Below are positions 19,401 through 34,085 of a stretch of DNA of 64,000 nucleotides, in pieces. The stretch covers positions 49,538,001 through 49,602,000 of the forward strand of contig OZ024747.1 of assembly GCA_964016885.1 (NCBI GenBank), in the 5' to 3' direction. This DNA is from Eledone cirrhosa. Taxonomy: Eukaryota. The position numbers were made by a program, and so were the translations under genes. Under the pieces are notes generated by a model. It was not told the origin of the DNA, made no database searches, and saw nothing but the letters and a program-made list of their open reading frames with translations. Numbering within the stretch: the first letter of the stretch is position 1; every line of letters begins with the position of its first letter.

Positions 19401-22400
19401 TATGTCTGTATCTGTTTACAGTCTATGTATGTCTGTATCTGTTTACGGTTTATGTATGTCTGTATCTGTTTACAGTTTATGTATGTCTGTATCTGTTTAC
19501 AGTTTATGTATGTCTATCTGTTTACAGTTTATGTGTCTGTATCTGTTTACAGTTTATGTATGTCTGTGTCTGTTTATAGTTTATGTATGTCTGTATCTGT
19601 TTACAGTCTATGTATGTCTGTATCTGTTTACAGTTTATGTATGTCTGTATCTGTTTACAGTTTATGTATGTCTGTATCTGTTTACAGTTTATGTATGTCT
19701 GTATCTGTTTACAGTTTGTGTCTATCTGTTTACAGTTTATGTGTCTATCTGTTTACAGTTTATGTATGTCTGTGTCTGTTTACAGTTTATGTATATCTGT
19801 ACCTGTTTACAGTCTATGTATGTCTGTATCTGTTTACAGTTTATGTATGTCTGTATCTGTTTACAGTTTATGTATGTCTGTATCTGTTTACAGTCTATGT
19901 ATGTCTATCTGTTTACAGTTTATGTGTCTGTATCTGTTTACAGTCTATGTATGTCTGTATCTGTCTACAGTCTATGTATGTCTGTATCTGTCTACAGTCT
20001 ATGTATGTCTGTATCTGTCTACAGTCTATGTATGTCTCTATCTGTTTACAATTTATGTATGTCTGTATCTGTTTACAGTTTATGTATGTCTGTATCTGTT
20101 TACAGTCTATGTATGTCTATCTGTTTACAGTTTATGTGTCTGTATCTGTTTACAGTCTATGTATGTCTGTATCTGTCTACAGTCTATGTATGTCTGTATC
20201 TGTTTACAGTTTATGTATGTCTGTATCTGTTTACAGTTTATGTATGTCTGTATCTGTCTACAGTTTATGTATGTCTGTATCTGTTTACAGTTTATGTATG
20301 TCTGTATCTGTTTACAGTCTATGTATGTCTATCTGTTTACAGTTTATGTGTCTGTATCTGTTTACAGTCTATGTATGTCTGTATCTGTCTACAGTTTATG
20401 TATGTCTGTATCTGTCTACAGTTTATGTATGTCTGTATCTGTTTACAGTTTATGTGTCTGTATCTGTTTACAGTTTATGTATGTCTGTATCTGTTTACAG
20501 TTTATGTGTCTATCTGTTTACAGTTTATGTGTGTCTATCTGTTTACAGTCTATGTATGACTGTATCTGTTTACAGTTTATGTGTGTCTATCTGTTTACAG
20601 TCTATGTATGACTGTATCTGTTTACAGTTTATGTATGTCTGTATCTGTTTACAGTTTATGTATGTCTGTATCAGTTTACAGTTTATGTGTGTCTGTATCT
20701 GTTTACAGTTTATGTGTGTCTATCTGTTTACAGTCTATGTATGTCTGTATCTGTTTACAGTTTATGTATGTCTGTATCTGTTTACAGTCTATGTATGTCT
20801 GTATCTGTTTACAGTTTATGTATGTCTGTATCTGCTTACAGTTTATGTATGTCTGTATCTGTTTACAGTTTATGTATGTCTGTATCTGTTTACAGTTTAT
20901 GTATGTCTGTATCTGTTTACAGTCTATGTATGTCTGTATCTGTTTACAGTTTATGTATGTCTGTATCTGTTTACAGTTTATGTATGTCTATATCTGTTTA
21001 CAGTCTATGTATGTCTGTATCTGTTTACAGTTTATGTATGTGTGTGTGTTTACAGTTTATGTGTGTCTGTATCTGTTTACAGTTTATGTATGTCTGTATC
21101 TGTTTACAGTTTATGTATGTCTGTATCTGTTTACAGTCTATGTATGTCTGTATCTGTTTACAGTTTATGTATGTCTGTATCTGTTTACAGTTTATGTATG
21201 TCTGTATCTGTTTACAGTTTATGTATGTCTGTATCTGTTTACAGTTTATGTATGTCTGTATCTGTTTACAGTCTATGTATGTCTGTATCTGTTTACAGTC
21301 TATGTATGTCTGTATCTGTCTACAGTTTACGTGTGTCGGTACCTGTCTAGAGTCTATGTATGTGTGTACCTGTTTACAGTTTATGTATGTCTGTATCTGT
21401 TTACGGTCTATGTATGTGTGTATCTGTTTACAGTTTATGCATGTGTGTATCTGTTTACAGTTTATGTATGTCTGTATCTGTTTACAGTTTATGTATGTCT
21501 GTATCTGTTTACAGTTTATGTATGTCTATATCTGTTTACAGTCTATGTATGTCTGTATCTGTTTACAGTTTATGTATGTCTGTGTGTGTTTACAGTTTAT
21601 GTGTGTCTGTATCTGTTTACAGTTTATGTATGTCTGTATCTGTTTACAGTTTATGTGTGTCTATCTGTTTACAGTCTATGTATGACTGTATCTGTTTACA
21701 GTTTATGTATATCTGTATCTGTTTACAGTTTATGTATGTCTGTATCAGTTTACAGTTTATGTGTGTCTGTATCTGTTTACAGTTTATGTGTGTCTATCTG
21801 TTTACAGTCTATGTATGTCTGTATCTGTTTACAGTTTATGTATGTCTGTATCTGTTTACAGTTTATGTATGTCTATCTGTTTACAGTTTATGTGTCTGTA
21901 TCTGTTTACAGTTTATGTATGTCTGTGTCTGTTTATAGTTTATGTATGTCTGTACCTGTTTACAGTTTATGTATGTCTGTATCTGTTTACAGTTTATGTA
22001 TGTCTGTATCTGTTTATAGTTTATATATGCCTGTATCTGTTTACAGTTTATGTATGTCTGTATCTGTTTACAGTCTATGTATGTCTGTATCTGTCTACAG
22101 TCTATGTATGTCTGTATCTGTTTACAATTTATGTATGTCTGTATCTGTTTACAGTTTATGTATGTCTGTATCTGTCTACAGTTTATGTATGTCTGTATCT
22201 GTTTACAGTCTATGTATGTCTATCTGTTTACAGTTTATGTGTCTGTATCTGTTTACAGTCTATGTATGTCTGTATCTGTCTACAGTCTATGTATGTCTGT
22301 ATTTGTTTACAGTTTATGCATGTCTGTATCTGTTTACAGTTTATGTATGTCTGTATCTGTCTACAGTTTATGTATGTCTGTATCTGTTTACAGTTTATGT

Positions 22401-24454
22401 ATGTATCTGTTTACAGTCTATGTATGTCTATCTGTTTACAGTTTATGTGTCTGTATCTGTTTACAGTCTATGTATGTCTGTATCTGTCTACAGTTTATGT
22501 ATGTCTGTATCTGTCTACAGTTTATGTATGTCTGTATCTGTTTACAGTTTATGTATGTCTGTATCTGTTTACAGTTTATGTATGTCTGTATCTGTTTACA
22601 GTTTATGTGTCTGTATCTGTTTACAGTTTATGTATGTCTGTATCTGTTTACAGTTTATGTGTCTATCTGTTTACAGTTTATGTGTGTCTATCTGTTTACA
22701 GTCTATGTATGACTGTATCTGTTTACAGTTTATGTATGTCTGTATCTGTTTACAGTTTATGTATGTCTGTATCTGTTTACAGTTTATGTATGCCTGTATC
22801 AGTTTACAGTTTATGTGTGTCTGTATCTGTTTACAGTCTATGTGTGTCTATCTGTTTACAGTCTATGTATGTCTGTATCTGTTTACAGTTTATGTATGTC
22901 TGTATCTGTTTACAGTTTATGTATGTCTATCAGTTTACAGTTTATGTGTGCCTGTATCTGTTTACAGTTTATGTGTGTCTATCTGTTTACAGTCTATGTA
23001 TGACTATCTGTTTACAGTTTATGTATGTCTGTATCTGTTTACAGTTTATGTATGTCTGTATCAGTTTACAGTTTATGTGTGTCTGTATCTGTTTACAGTT
23101 TATGTGTGTCTATCTGTTTACAGTCTATGTATGTCTGTATCTGTTTACAGTTTATGTATGTCTGTATCTGTTTACAGTCTATGTATGTCTGTATCTGTTT
23201 ACAGTTTATGTATGTCTGTATCTGCTTACAGTTTATGTATGTCTGTATCTGTTTACAGTTTATGTATGTCTGTATCTGTTTACAGTTTATGTATGTCTGT
23301 ATCTGTTTACAGTATATGTATGTCTGTATCTGTTTACAGTTTATGTATGTCTGTATCTGTTTACAGTTTATGTATGTCTATATCTGTTTACAGTCTATGT
23401 ATGTCTGTATCTGTTTACAGTTTATGTATGTCTGTGTGTGTTTACAGTTTATGTGTGTCTGTATCTGTTTACAGTTTATGTATGTCTGTATCTGTTTACA
23501 GTTTATGTATGTCTGTATCTGTTTACAGTTTATGTATGTCTGTATCTGTTTACAGTTTATGTATGTCTGTATCTGTTTACAGTTTATGTATGTCTGTATC
23601 TGTTTACAGTTTATGTATGTCTGTATGTGTTTACAGTCTATGTATGTCTGTATCTGTTTACAGTTTATGTGTGTCTGTTTACAGTCTATGTTAGACTGTA
23701 TCTGTTTACAGTTTATGTATGTCTGTATCTGTTTACAGTTTATGTATGTCTGTATCTGTTTACAGTTTATGCGTGTCTGTATCTGTTTACAGTTTATGTA
23801 TGTCTGTATCTGTTTACAGTTTATGTGTGTCTGTATCTGTTTACAGTTTATGTATGTCTGTATCAGTTTACAGTTTATGTGTGTCTATCTGTTTACAGTT
23901 TATGTGTGTCTATCTGTTTACAGTCTATGTATGACTATCTGTTTACAGTTTATGTATGTCTGTATCTGTTTACAGTTTATGTATGTCTGTATCTGTTTAC
24001 AGTTTATGTATGTCTGTATCTGTTTACAGTTTATCTGTGCCTGTATCTGTTTACAGTTTATGTATGTCTGTATCTGTTTACAGTTTATGTATGTCTGTGT
24101 CTGTTTACAGTCTATGTATGTATCTGTTTACAGTCTATGTATGTCTGTGTCTGTTTACAGTCTATGTATGTCTGTATCTGTTTACAGTCTATGTATGTCT
24201 GTATCTGTTTACAGTCTATGTATGTCTGTATCTGTTTACAGTCTATGTATGTCTGTATCTGTTTACAGTCTATGTATGTCTGTATCTGTTTACAGTTTAT
24301 GTATGTCTGTGTCTGTTTACAGTCTATGTATGTCTGTATCTGTTTACAGTTTATGTATGTCTATCTGTTTACAGTTTATGTGTCTGTATCTGTTTACAGT
24401 TTATGTATGTCTGTATCTGTTTACAGTTTATGTGTCTGTATCTGTTTACAGTTT
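13434..24454 (+). repeat. Satellite type A block 1 (27-bp units with 23/19-bp deletion variants; ~4.3-4.5-kb higher-order repeat)
   Basis: Rare variants recur: TGTAACTG at ~14359 and ~18894; CGGTACCTGTCTAGAG at ~17015 and ~21338. Confidence 0.97.
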
Positions 24455-27400
24455 ATGAGTGTCTGTGTCTGTTTACAGTTTATGTGAGTGTCTGTGTCTG
24501 TTTACAGTTTATGAGTGTCTGTGTCTGTTTACAGTTTATGAGTGTCTGTGTCTGTTTACAGTTTATGTGAGTGTCTCTGTCTGTTTACAGTTTGTGAGTG
24601 TCTGTGTCTGTTTACAGTTTGTGAGTGTCTGTGTCTGTTTACAGTTATGAGTGTCTGTGTCTGTTTACAGTTTATGAGAGTGTGTGTCTGTTTACAGTTT
24701 ATGTGAGTGTGTGTCTGTTTACAGTTTATGAGCGTCTGTGTCTGTTTACAGTTTATGAGAGTGTCTGTGTCTGTTTACAGTTTATGAGAGTGTCTGTGTC
24801 TGTTTACAGTTTGTGAGTGTCCGTGTCTGTTTACAGTTTATGTCTGTGTCTGTTTACAGTTTATGAGAGTGTCTGTGTCTGTTTACAGTTTATGAGAGTG
24901 TCTGTGTCTGTTTACAGTTTATGTGAGTGTCTGTGTCTGTTTACAGTTTATGTGAGTGTCTGTGTCTGTTTAGAGTTTATGTGAGTGTCTGTGTCTGTTT
25001 AGAGTTTATGAGAGTGTCTGTGTCTGTTTACAGTTTATGAGTGTCTGTGTCTGTTTACAGTTTATGTGAGTGTCTGTGTCTGTTTAGAGTTTATGAGAGT
25101 GTCTGTGTCTGTTTAGAGTTTATGAGAGTGTCTGTGTCTGTTTACAGTTTATGAGAGTTTCTGTGTCTGTTTACAATTTATGAGTGTCTGTGTCTGTTTA
25201 CAGTCTATGAGTGTCTGTGTCTATTTACAGTTTATGAGTGTCTGTGTCTCTTTACAGTTTATGTGAGTGTCTGTGTCTGTTTACAGTTTATGAGAGTGTC
25301 TGTGTCTGTTTACAGTTTATGAGAGTGTCTGTGTCTGTTTACAGTTTATGAGAGTGTCTCTGTCTGTTTACAGTTATGAGTGTCTGTGTCTGTTTACAGT
25401 TTACGTGAGTGTCTGTGTCTGTTTACAGTTTATGTGAGTGCCTGTGTCTGTTTAGAGTTTGTGAGTGCCTGTGTCTGTTTACAGTTTATGAGTGTCTGTG
25501 TCTGTTTACAGTTTATGAGTGTCTGTGTCTGTTTACAGTTTATGAGTGTCTGTGTCTGTTTACAGTTTATGAGTGTCTGTGTCTGTTTACAGTTTATGAG
25601 TGTCTGTGTCTGTTTACAGTTTATGAGTGTCTGTGTCTGTTTACATTTTATGTGAGTGTCTGTGTCTGTTTACAGTTTATGAGAGTGTCTGTGTCTGTGT
25701 CTGTTTACAATTTATGTGAGTGTCTGTGTCTGTTTACAGTTTGTGAGTGTCTGTGTCTGTTTACAGTTTGTGAGTGTCTGTGTCTGTTTACAGTTTGTGA
25801 GTGTCTGTGTCTGTTTACAGTTTATGAGTCTGTGTCTGTTTACAGTTTATGAGTGTCTGTGTCTGTTTACAGTTTATGTGAGTGTCTGTGTCTGTTTACA
25901 GTTTATGAGAGTGTCTGTGTCTGTTTACAGTTTATGAGTATCTGTGTCTGTTTACAGTTTATGTGAGTGTGTGTCTGTTTACAGTTTATGAGTGTCTGTG
26001 TCTGTTTACAGTTTATGTGAGTGTCTGTGTCTGTTTACAGTTTATGTGAGTGTGTGTCTGTTTACAGTTTATGAGTATCTGTGTCTGTTTACAGTTTATG
26101 TGAGTGTGTGTCTGTTTACAGTTTATGAGTGTCTGTGTCTGTTTACAGTTTATGTGAGTGTCTGTGTCTGTTTACAGTTTATGAGAGTGTCTGTGTCTGT
26201 TTACAGTTTATGAGAGTGTGTGTCTGTTTACAGTTTATGTGAGTGTGTGTCTGTTTTCAGTTTATGTGAGTGTCTGTGTCTGTTTACAGTTTGAGAGTGT
26301 GTGTCTGTTTACAGTTTATGTGAGTGTCTGTGTCTGTTTACAGTTTATGTGAGTGTGTGTTAGTTTACAGTTTATGAGTGTCTGTGTCTGTTTACAGTTT
26401 ATGTGAGTGTCTGTGTCTGTTTACAGTTTATGAGAGAGTCTGTGTCTGTTTACAGTTTATGAGAGTGTCTGTGTCTGTTTACAGTTTATGAGAGTGTCTG
26501 AGTCTGTTTACAGTTTATTAGAGTGTCTGTGTCTGTTTACAGTTTATGTGAGTGTCTGTGTCTCTTTACAGTTTATGTAGTGTCTGTGTCTGTTTACAGT
26601 TTATGTAGTGTCTGTGTCTGTTTACAGTTTATGTGAGTGTCTGTGTCTGTTTACAGTTTATTAGAGTGTCCGTGTCTGTTTACAGTTTATGAGAGTGGCT
26701 GTCTGTTTACAGTTTATGAGAGTGTCTGTGTCTGTTTACAGTTTATGAGAGTGTCTGTGTCTGTTTACAGTTTATGAGAGTGTCTGTGTCTGTTTACAGT
26801 TTATGAGAGTGTCTGTGTCTGTTTACAGTTTATGAGAGTGTCTGTGTTTGTTTACAGTTTATGTGAGTGTCTGTCTGTTTACAGTTTATGAGAGTGTCTG
26901 TGTCTGTTTACAGTTTATGAGTGTCTGTGTCTGTTTACAGTTTATGAGAGTGTCTGTGTCTGTTTACAGTTTATGAGTGTCTGTGTCTGTTTACAGTTTA
27001 TGAGTGTCTGTGTCTGTTTACAGTTTATGAGAGTGTCTGTGTCTGTTTACAGTTTATGAGAGTGTCTGTGTCTGTTTACAGTTTGTGAGTGTCTGTGTCT
27101 GTTTAAAGTTTATGAGAGTGTCTGTGTCTGTTTACAGTTTATGAGAGTGTCTGTGTCTGTTTACAGTTTATGAGAGTGTCTGTGTCTGTTTACATTTTAT
27201 GAGAGTGTCTGTGTCTGTTTACAGTTTGTGAGTGTCTGTGTACAGTTTATGAGAGTGTCTGTGTCTGTTTACAGTTTATGTGAGTGTCTGTTTACAGTTT
27301 ATGAGAGTGGCTGTGTCTGTTTACAGTTTGTGAGTGTCTGTGTCTGTTTACAGTTTATGTGAGTGTCTGTGTCTGTTTACAGTTTTTGTGAGTGTCTGTG

Positions 27401-28544
27401 TCTGTTTACAGTTTATGAGTGTCTGTGTCTGTTTACAGTTTATGTGAGTGTGTGTCTGTTTACAGTTTTTGAGTGTCTGTGTCTGTTTACAGTTTATGTG
27501 AGTGTCTGTGTCTGTTTACAGTTTATGTGAGTGTGTGTCTGTTTACAGTTTATGAGTGTCTGTGTCTGTTTACAGTTTATGTGTGTGTGTGTTTACAGTT
27601 TATGAGTGTCTGTGTCTGTTTACAGTTTATGTGAGTGTCTGTGTCTGTGTACAGTTTATGAGAGTGTCTGTGTCTGTTTACAGTTTATGAGAGTGTGTGT
27701 CTGTTTACAGTTTATGTGAGTGTGTGTCTGTTTACAGTTTATGTGAGTGTCTGTGTCTGTTTACAGTTTATGAGAGTGTGTGTCTGTTTACAGTTTATGT
27801 GAGTGTCTGTGTCTGTTTACAGTTTATGTGAGTGTGTGTCTGTTTACAGTTTATGAGAGTGTGTGTCTGTTTACAGTTTATGTCTGTGTCTGTTTACAGT
27901 TTATGAGAGTGTCTGTGTCTGTTTACAGTTTATGAGAGTGTCTGTGTCTGTTTACAGTTTATGAGAGTGTCTGTGTCTGTTTACAGTTTATGAGAGTGTC
28001 TGTGTCTGTTTACAGTTTATGAGAGTGTCTGTGTCTGTTTACAGTTTGTGAGTGTCTGTGTCTGTTTACAGTTTATGAGAGTGTCTGTGTCTGTTTACAG
28101 TTTATGAGAGTGTCTGTGTCTGTTTACAGTTTGTGAGTGTCTGTGTCTGTTTACAGTTTATGAGAGTGTCTGTGTCTGTTTAGAGTTTATGTGAGTGTCT
28201 GTTTACAGTTTACGAGAGTGTCTGTGTCTGTTTACAGTTTGTGAGTGTCTGTGTCTGTTTCGGTTTATGTGAGTGTCTGTGTCTGTTTACAGTTTATGTG
28301 AGTGTCTGTGTCTGTTTACAGTTTATCTGAGTGTCTGTGTCTGTTTACAGTTTATGAGTGTCTGTGTCTGTTTACAGTTTATGAGAGTGTGTGTCTGTTT
28401 ACAGTTTATGTCAGTGTCTGTGTCTGTTTACAGTTTATGAGAGTGTCCGTGTCTGTTTACAGTTTATGAGAGTGTCTGTCTGTTTACAGTTTATGTGAGT
28501 GTCTGTTTACAGTTTATGTGAGTGTCTGTGTCTGTTTACAGTTT
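24455..28544 (+). repeat. Satellite type B block 1 (29-bp TTTACAGTTTATG(A/T)GAGTGTCTGTGTCTG with 27/25/23-bp variants)
   Basis: Abrupt switch to GAG-containing units at 24455. Confidence 0.97.
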
Positions 28545-31500
28545 ATGTGTGTCTATCTGTTTACAGTCTATGTATGACTGTATCTGTTTACAGTCTATGT
28601 ATGTCTGTATCTGTTTACAGTTTATGTATGTCTGTGTGTGTTTACAGTTTATGTGTGTCTGTACCTGTTTACAGTTTATGTATGTCTGTATCTGTCTACA
28701 GTTTATGTATGTCTGTATCTGTTTACAATCTATGTATGTCTGTATCTGTCTACAGTTTATGTGTGTCGGTACCTGTCTACAGTCTATGTATGTGTGTACC
28801 TGTTTACAGTTTATGTATGTCTGTATCTGTTTACGGTCTATGTATGTGTGTATCTGTTTACAGCCTATGTATGTCTGTATCTGTTTACAGTTTATGTATG
28901 TCTGTGTGTGTTTACAGTTTATGTATGACTGTATCTGTTTACAGTTTATGTATGACTGTATCTGTTTACAGTTTATATATGCCTGTATTTGTTTACAGTT
29001 TATGTATGTCTGTATCTGTTTACAGTCTATGTATGTCTGTATCTGTTTACAGTCTATGTATGTCTGTATCTGTTTACAGTCTATGTATGTCTGTATCTGT
29101 TTACGGTTTATGTATGTCTGTATCTGTTTACAGTTTATGTATGTCTGTATCTGTTTACAGTTTATGTATGTCTATCTGTTTACAGTTTATGTGTCTGTAT
29201 CTGTTTACAGTTTATGTATGTCTGTGTCTGTTTATAGTTTATGTATGTCTGTATCTGTTTACAGTCTATGTATGTCTGTATCTGTTTACAGTTTATGTAT
29301 GTCTGTATCTGTTTACAGTTTATGTATGTCTGTATCTGTTTACAGTTTATGTATGTCTGTATCTGTTTACAGTTTGTGTCTATCTGTTTACAGTTTATGT
29401 GTCTATCTGTTTACAGTTTATGTATGTCTGTGTCTGTTTACAGTTTATGTATATCTGTACCTGTTTACAGTCTATGTATGTCTGTATCTGTTTACAGTTT
29501 ATGTATGTCTGTATCTGTTTACAGTTTATGTATGTCTGTATCTGTTTACAGTCTATGTATGTCTATCTGTTTACAGTTTATGTGTCTGTATCTGTTTACA
29601 GTCTATGTATGTCTGTATCTGTCTACAGTCTATGTATGTCTGTATCTGTCTACAGTCTATGTATGTCTGTATCTGTCTACAGTCTATGTATGTCTCTATC
29701 TGTTTACAATTTATGTATGTCTGTATCTGTTTACAGTTTATGTATGTCTGTATCTGTTTACAGTCTATGTATGTCTATCTGTTTACAGTTTATGTGTCTG
29801 TATCTGTTTACAGTCTATGTATGTCTGTATCTGTCTACAGTCTATGTATGTCTGTATCTGTTTACAGTTTATGTATGTCTGTATCTGTTTACAGTTTATG
29901 TATGTCTGTATCTGTCTACAGTTTATGTATGTCTGTATCTGTTTACAGTTTATGTATGTCTGTATCTGTTTACAGTCTATGTATGTCTATCTGTTTACAG
30001 TTTATGTGTCTGTATCTGTTTACAGTCTATGTATGTCTGTATCTGTCTACAGTTTATGTATGTCTGTATCTGTCTACAGTTTATGTATGTCTGTATCTGT
30101 TTACAGTTTATGTGTCTGTATCTGTTTACAGTTTATGTATGTCTGTATCTGTTTACAGTTTATGTGTCTATCTGTTTACAGTTTATGTGTGTCTATCTGT
30201 TTACAGTCTATGTATGACTGTATCTGTTTACAGTTTATGTGTGTCTATCTGTTTACAGTCTATGTATGACTGTATCTGTTTACAGTTTATGTATGTCTGT
30301 ATCTGTTTACAGTTTATGTATGTCTGTATCAGTTTACAGTTTATGTGTGTCTGTATCTGTTTACAGTTTATGTGTGTCTATCTGTTTACAGTCTATGTAT
30401 GTCTGTATCTGTTTACAGTTTATGTATGTCTGTATCTGTTTACAGTCTATGTATGTCTGTATCTGTTTACAGTTTATGTATGTCTGTATCTGCTTACAGT
30501 TTATGTATGTCTGTATCTGTTTACAGTTTATGTATGTCTGTATCTGTTTACAGTTTATGTATGTCTGTATCTGTTTACAGTCTATGTATGTCTGTATCTG
30601 TTTACAGTTTATGTATGTCTGTATCTGTTTACAGTTTATGTATGTCTATATCTGTTTACAGTCTATGTATGTCTGTATCTGTTTACAGTTTATGTATGTG
30701 TGTGTGTTTACAGTTTATGTGTGTCTGTATCTGTTTACAGTTTATGTATGTCTGTATCTGTTTACAGTTTATGTATGTCTGTATCTGTTTACAGTCTATG
30801 TATGTCTGTATCTGTTTACAGTTTATGTATGTCTGTATCTGTTTACAGTTTATGTATGTCTGTATCTGTTTACAGTTTATGTATGTCTGTATCTGTTTAC
30901 AGTCTATGTATGTCTGTATCTGTTTACAGTCTATGTATGTCTGTATCTGTCTACAGTTTACGTGTGTCGGTACCTGTCTAGAGTCTATGTATGTGTGTAC
31001 CTGTTTACAGTTTATGTATGTCTGTATCTGTTTACGGTCTATGTATGTGTGTATCTGTTTACAGTTTATGCATGTGTGTATCTGTTTACAGTTTATGTAT
31101 GTCTGTATCTGTTTACAGTTTATGTATGTCTGTATCTGTTTACAGTTTATGTATGTCTATATCTGTTTACAGTCTATGTATGTCTGTATCTGTTTACAGT
31201 TTATGTATGTCTGTGTGTGTTTACAGTTTATGTGTGTCTGTATCTGTTTACAGTTTATGTATGTCTGTATCTGTTTACAGTTTATGTGTGTCTATCTGTT
31301 TACAGTCTATGTATGACTGTATCTGTTTACAGTTTATGTATATCTGTATCTGTTTACAGTTTATGTATGTCTGTATCAGTTTACAGTTTATGTGTGTCTG
31401 TATCTGTTTACAGTTTATGTGTGTCTATCTGTTTACAGTCTATGTATGTCTGTATCTGTTTACAGTTTATGTATGTCTGTATCTGTTTACAGTTTATGTA

Positions 31501-34085
31501 TGTCTATCTGTTTACAGTTTATGTGTCTGTATCTGTTTACAGTTTATGTATGTCTGTGTCTGTTTATAGTTTATGTATGTCTGTACCTGTTTACAGTTTA
31601 TGTATGTCTGTATCTGTTTACAGTTTATGTATGTCTGTATCTGTTTATAGTTTATATATGCCTGTATCTGTTTACAGTTTATGTATGTCTGTATCTGTTT
31701 ACAGTCTATGTATGTCTGTATCTGTCTACAGTCTATGTATGTCTGTATCTGTTTACAATTTATGTATGTCTGTATCTGTTTACAGTTTATGTATGTCTGT
31801 ATCTGTCTACAGTTTATGTATGTCTGTATCTGTTTACAGTCTATGTATGTCTATCTGTTTACAGTTTATGTGTCTGTATCTGTTTACAGTCTATGTATGT
31901 CTGTATCTGTCTACAGTCTATGTATGTCTGTATTTGTTTACAGTTTATGCATGTCTGTATCTGTTTACAGTTTATGTATGTCTGTATCTGTCTACAGTTT
32001 ATGTATGTCTGTATCTGTTTACAGTTTATGTATGTATCTGTTTACAGTCTATGTATGTCTATCTGTTTACAGTTTATGTGTCTGTATCTGTTTACAGTCT
32101 ATGTATGTCTGTATCTGTCTACAGTTTATGTATGTCTGTATCTGTCTACAGTTTATGTATGTCTGTATCTGTTTACAGTTTATGTATGTCTGTATCTGTT
32201 TACAGTTTATGTATGTCTGTATCTGTTTACAGTTTATGTGTCTGTATCTGTTTACAGTTTATGTATGTCTGTATCTGTTTACAGTTTATGTGTCTATCTG
32301 TTTACAGTTTATGTGTGTCTATCTGTTTACAGTCTATGTATGACTGTATCTGTTTACAGTTTATGTATGTCTGTATCTGTTTACAGTTTATGTATGTCTG
32401 TATCTGTTTACAGTTTATGTATGCCTGTATCAGTTTACAGTTTATGTGTGTCTGTATCTGTTTACAGTCTATGTGTGTCTATCTGTTTACAGTCTATGTA
32501 TGTCTGTATCTGTTTACAGTTTATGTATGTCTGTATCTGTTTACAGTTTATGTATGTCTATCAGTTTACAGTTTATGTGTGCCTGTATCTGTTTACAGTT
32601 TATGTGTGTCTATCTGTTTACAGTCTATGTATGACTATCTGTTTACAGTTTATGTATGTCTGTATCTGTTTACAGTTTATGTATGTCTGTATCAGTTTAC
32701 AGTTTATGTGTGTCTGTATCTGTTTACAGTTTATGTGTGTCTATCTGTTTACAGTCTATGTATGTCTGTATCTGTTTACAGTTTATGTATGTCTGTATCT
32801 GTTTACAGTCTATGTATGTCTGTATCTGTTTACAGTTTATGTATGTCTGTATCTGCTTACAGTTTATGTATGTCTGTATCTGTTTACAGTTTATGTATGT
32901 CTGTATCTGTTTACAGTTTATGTATGTCTGTATCTGTTTACAGTATATGTATGTCTGTATCTGTTTACAGTTTATGTATGTCTGTATCTGTTTACAGTTT
33001 ATGTATGTCTATATCTGTTTACAGTCTATGTATGTCTGTATCTGTTTACAGTTTATGTATGTCTGTGTGTGTTTACAGTTTATGTGTGTCTGTATCTGTT
33101 TACAGTTTATGTATGTCTGTATCTGTTTACAGTTTATGTATGTCTGTATCTGTTTACAGTTTATGTATGTCTGTATCTGTTTACAGTTTATGTATGTCTG
33201 TATCTGTTTACAGTTTATGTATGTCTGTATCTGTTTACAGTTTATGTATGTCTGTATGTGTTTACAGTCTATGTATGTCTGTATCTGTTTACAGTTTATG
33301 TGTGTCTGTTTACAGTCTATGTTAGACTGTATCTGTTTACAGTTTATGTATGTCTGTATCTGTTTACAGTTTATGTATGTCTGTATCTGTTTACAGTTTA
33401 TGCGTGTCTGTATCTGTTTACAGTTTATGTATGTCTGTATCTGTTTACAGTTTATGTGTGTCTGTATCTGTTTACAGTTTATGTATGTCTGTATCAGTTT
33501 ACAGTTTATGTGTGTCTATCTGTTTACAGTTTATGTGTGTCTATCTGTTTACAGTCTATGTATGACTATCTGTTTACAGTTTATGTATGTCTGTATCTGT
33601 TTACAGTTTATGTATGTCTGTATCTGTTTACAGTTTATGTATGTCTGTATCTGTTTACAGTTTATCTGTGCCTGTATCTGTTTACAGTTTATGTATGTCT
33701 GTATCTGTTTACAGTTTATGTATGTCTGTGTCTGTTTACAGTCTATGTATGTATCTGTTTACAGTCTATGTATGTCTGTGTCTGTTTACAGTCTATGTAT
33801 GTCTGTATCTGTTTACAGTCTATGTATGTCTGTATCTGTTTACAGTCTATGTATGTCTGTATCTGTTTACAGTCTATGTATGTCTGTATCTGTTTACAGT
33901 CTATGTATGTCTGTATCTGTTTACAGTTTATGTATGTCTGTGTCTGTTTACAGTCTATGTATGTCTGTATCTGTTTACAGTTTATGTATGTCTATCTGTT
34001 TACAGTTTATGTGTCTGTATCTGTTTACAGTTTATGTATGTCTGTATCTGTTTACAGTTTATGTGTCTGTATCTGTTTACAGTTT
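28545..34085 (+). repeat. Satellite type A block 2
   Basis: Near-identical to ~18950-24454 (offset 9658 to 9631). Confidence 0.96.
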
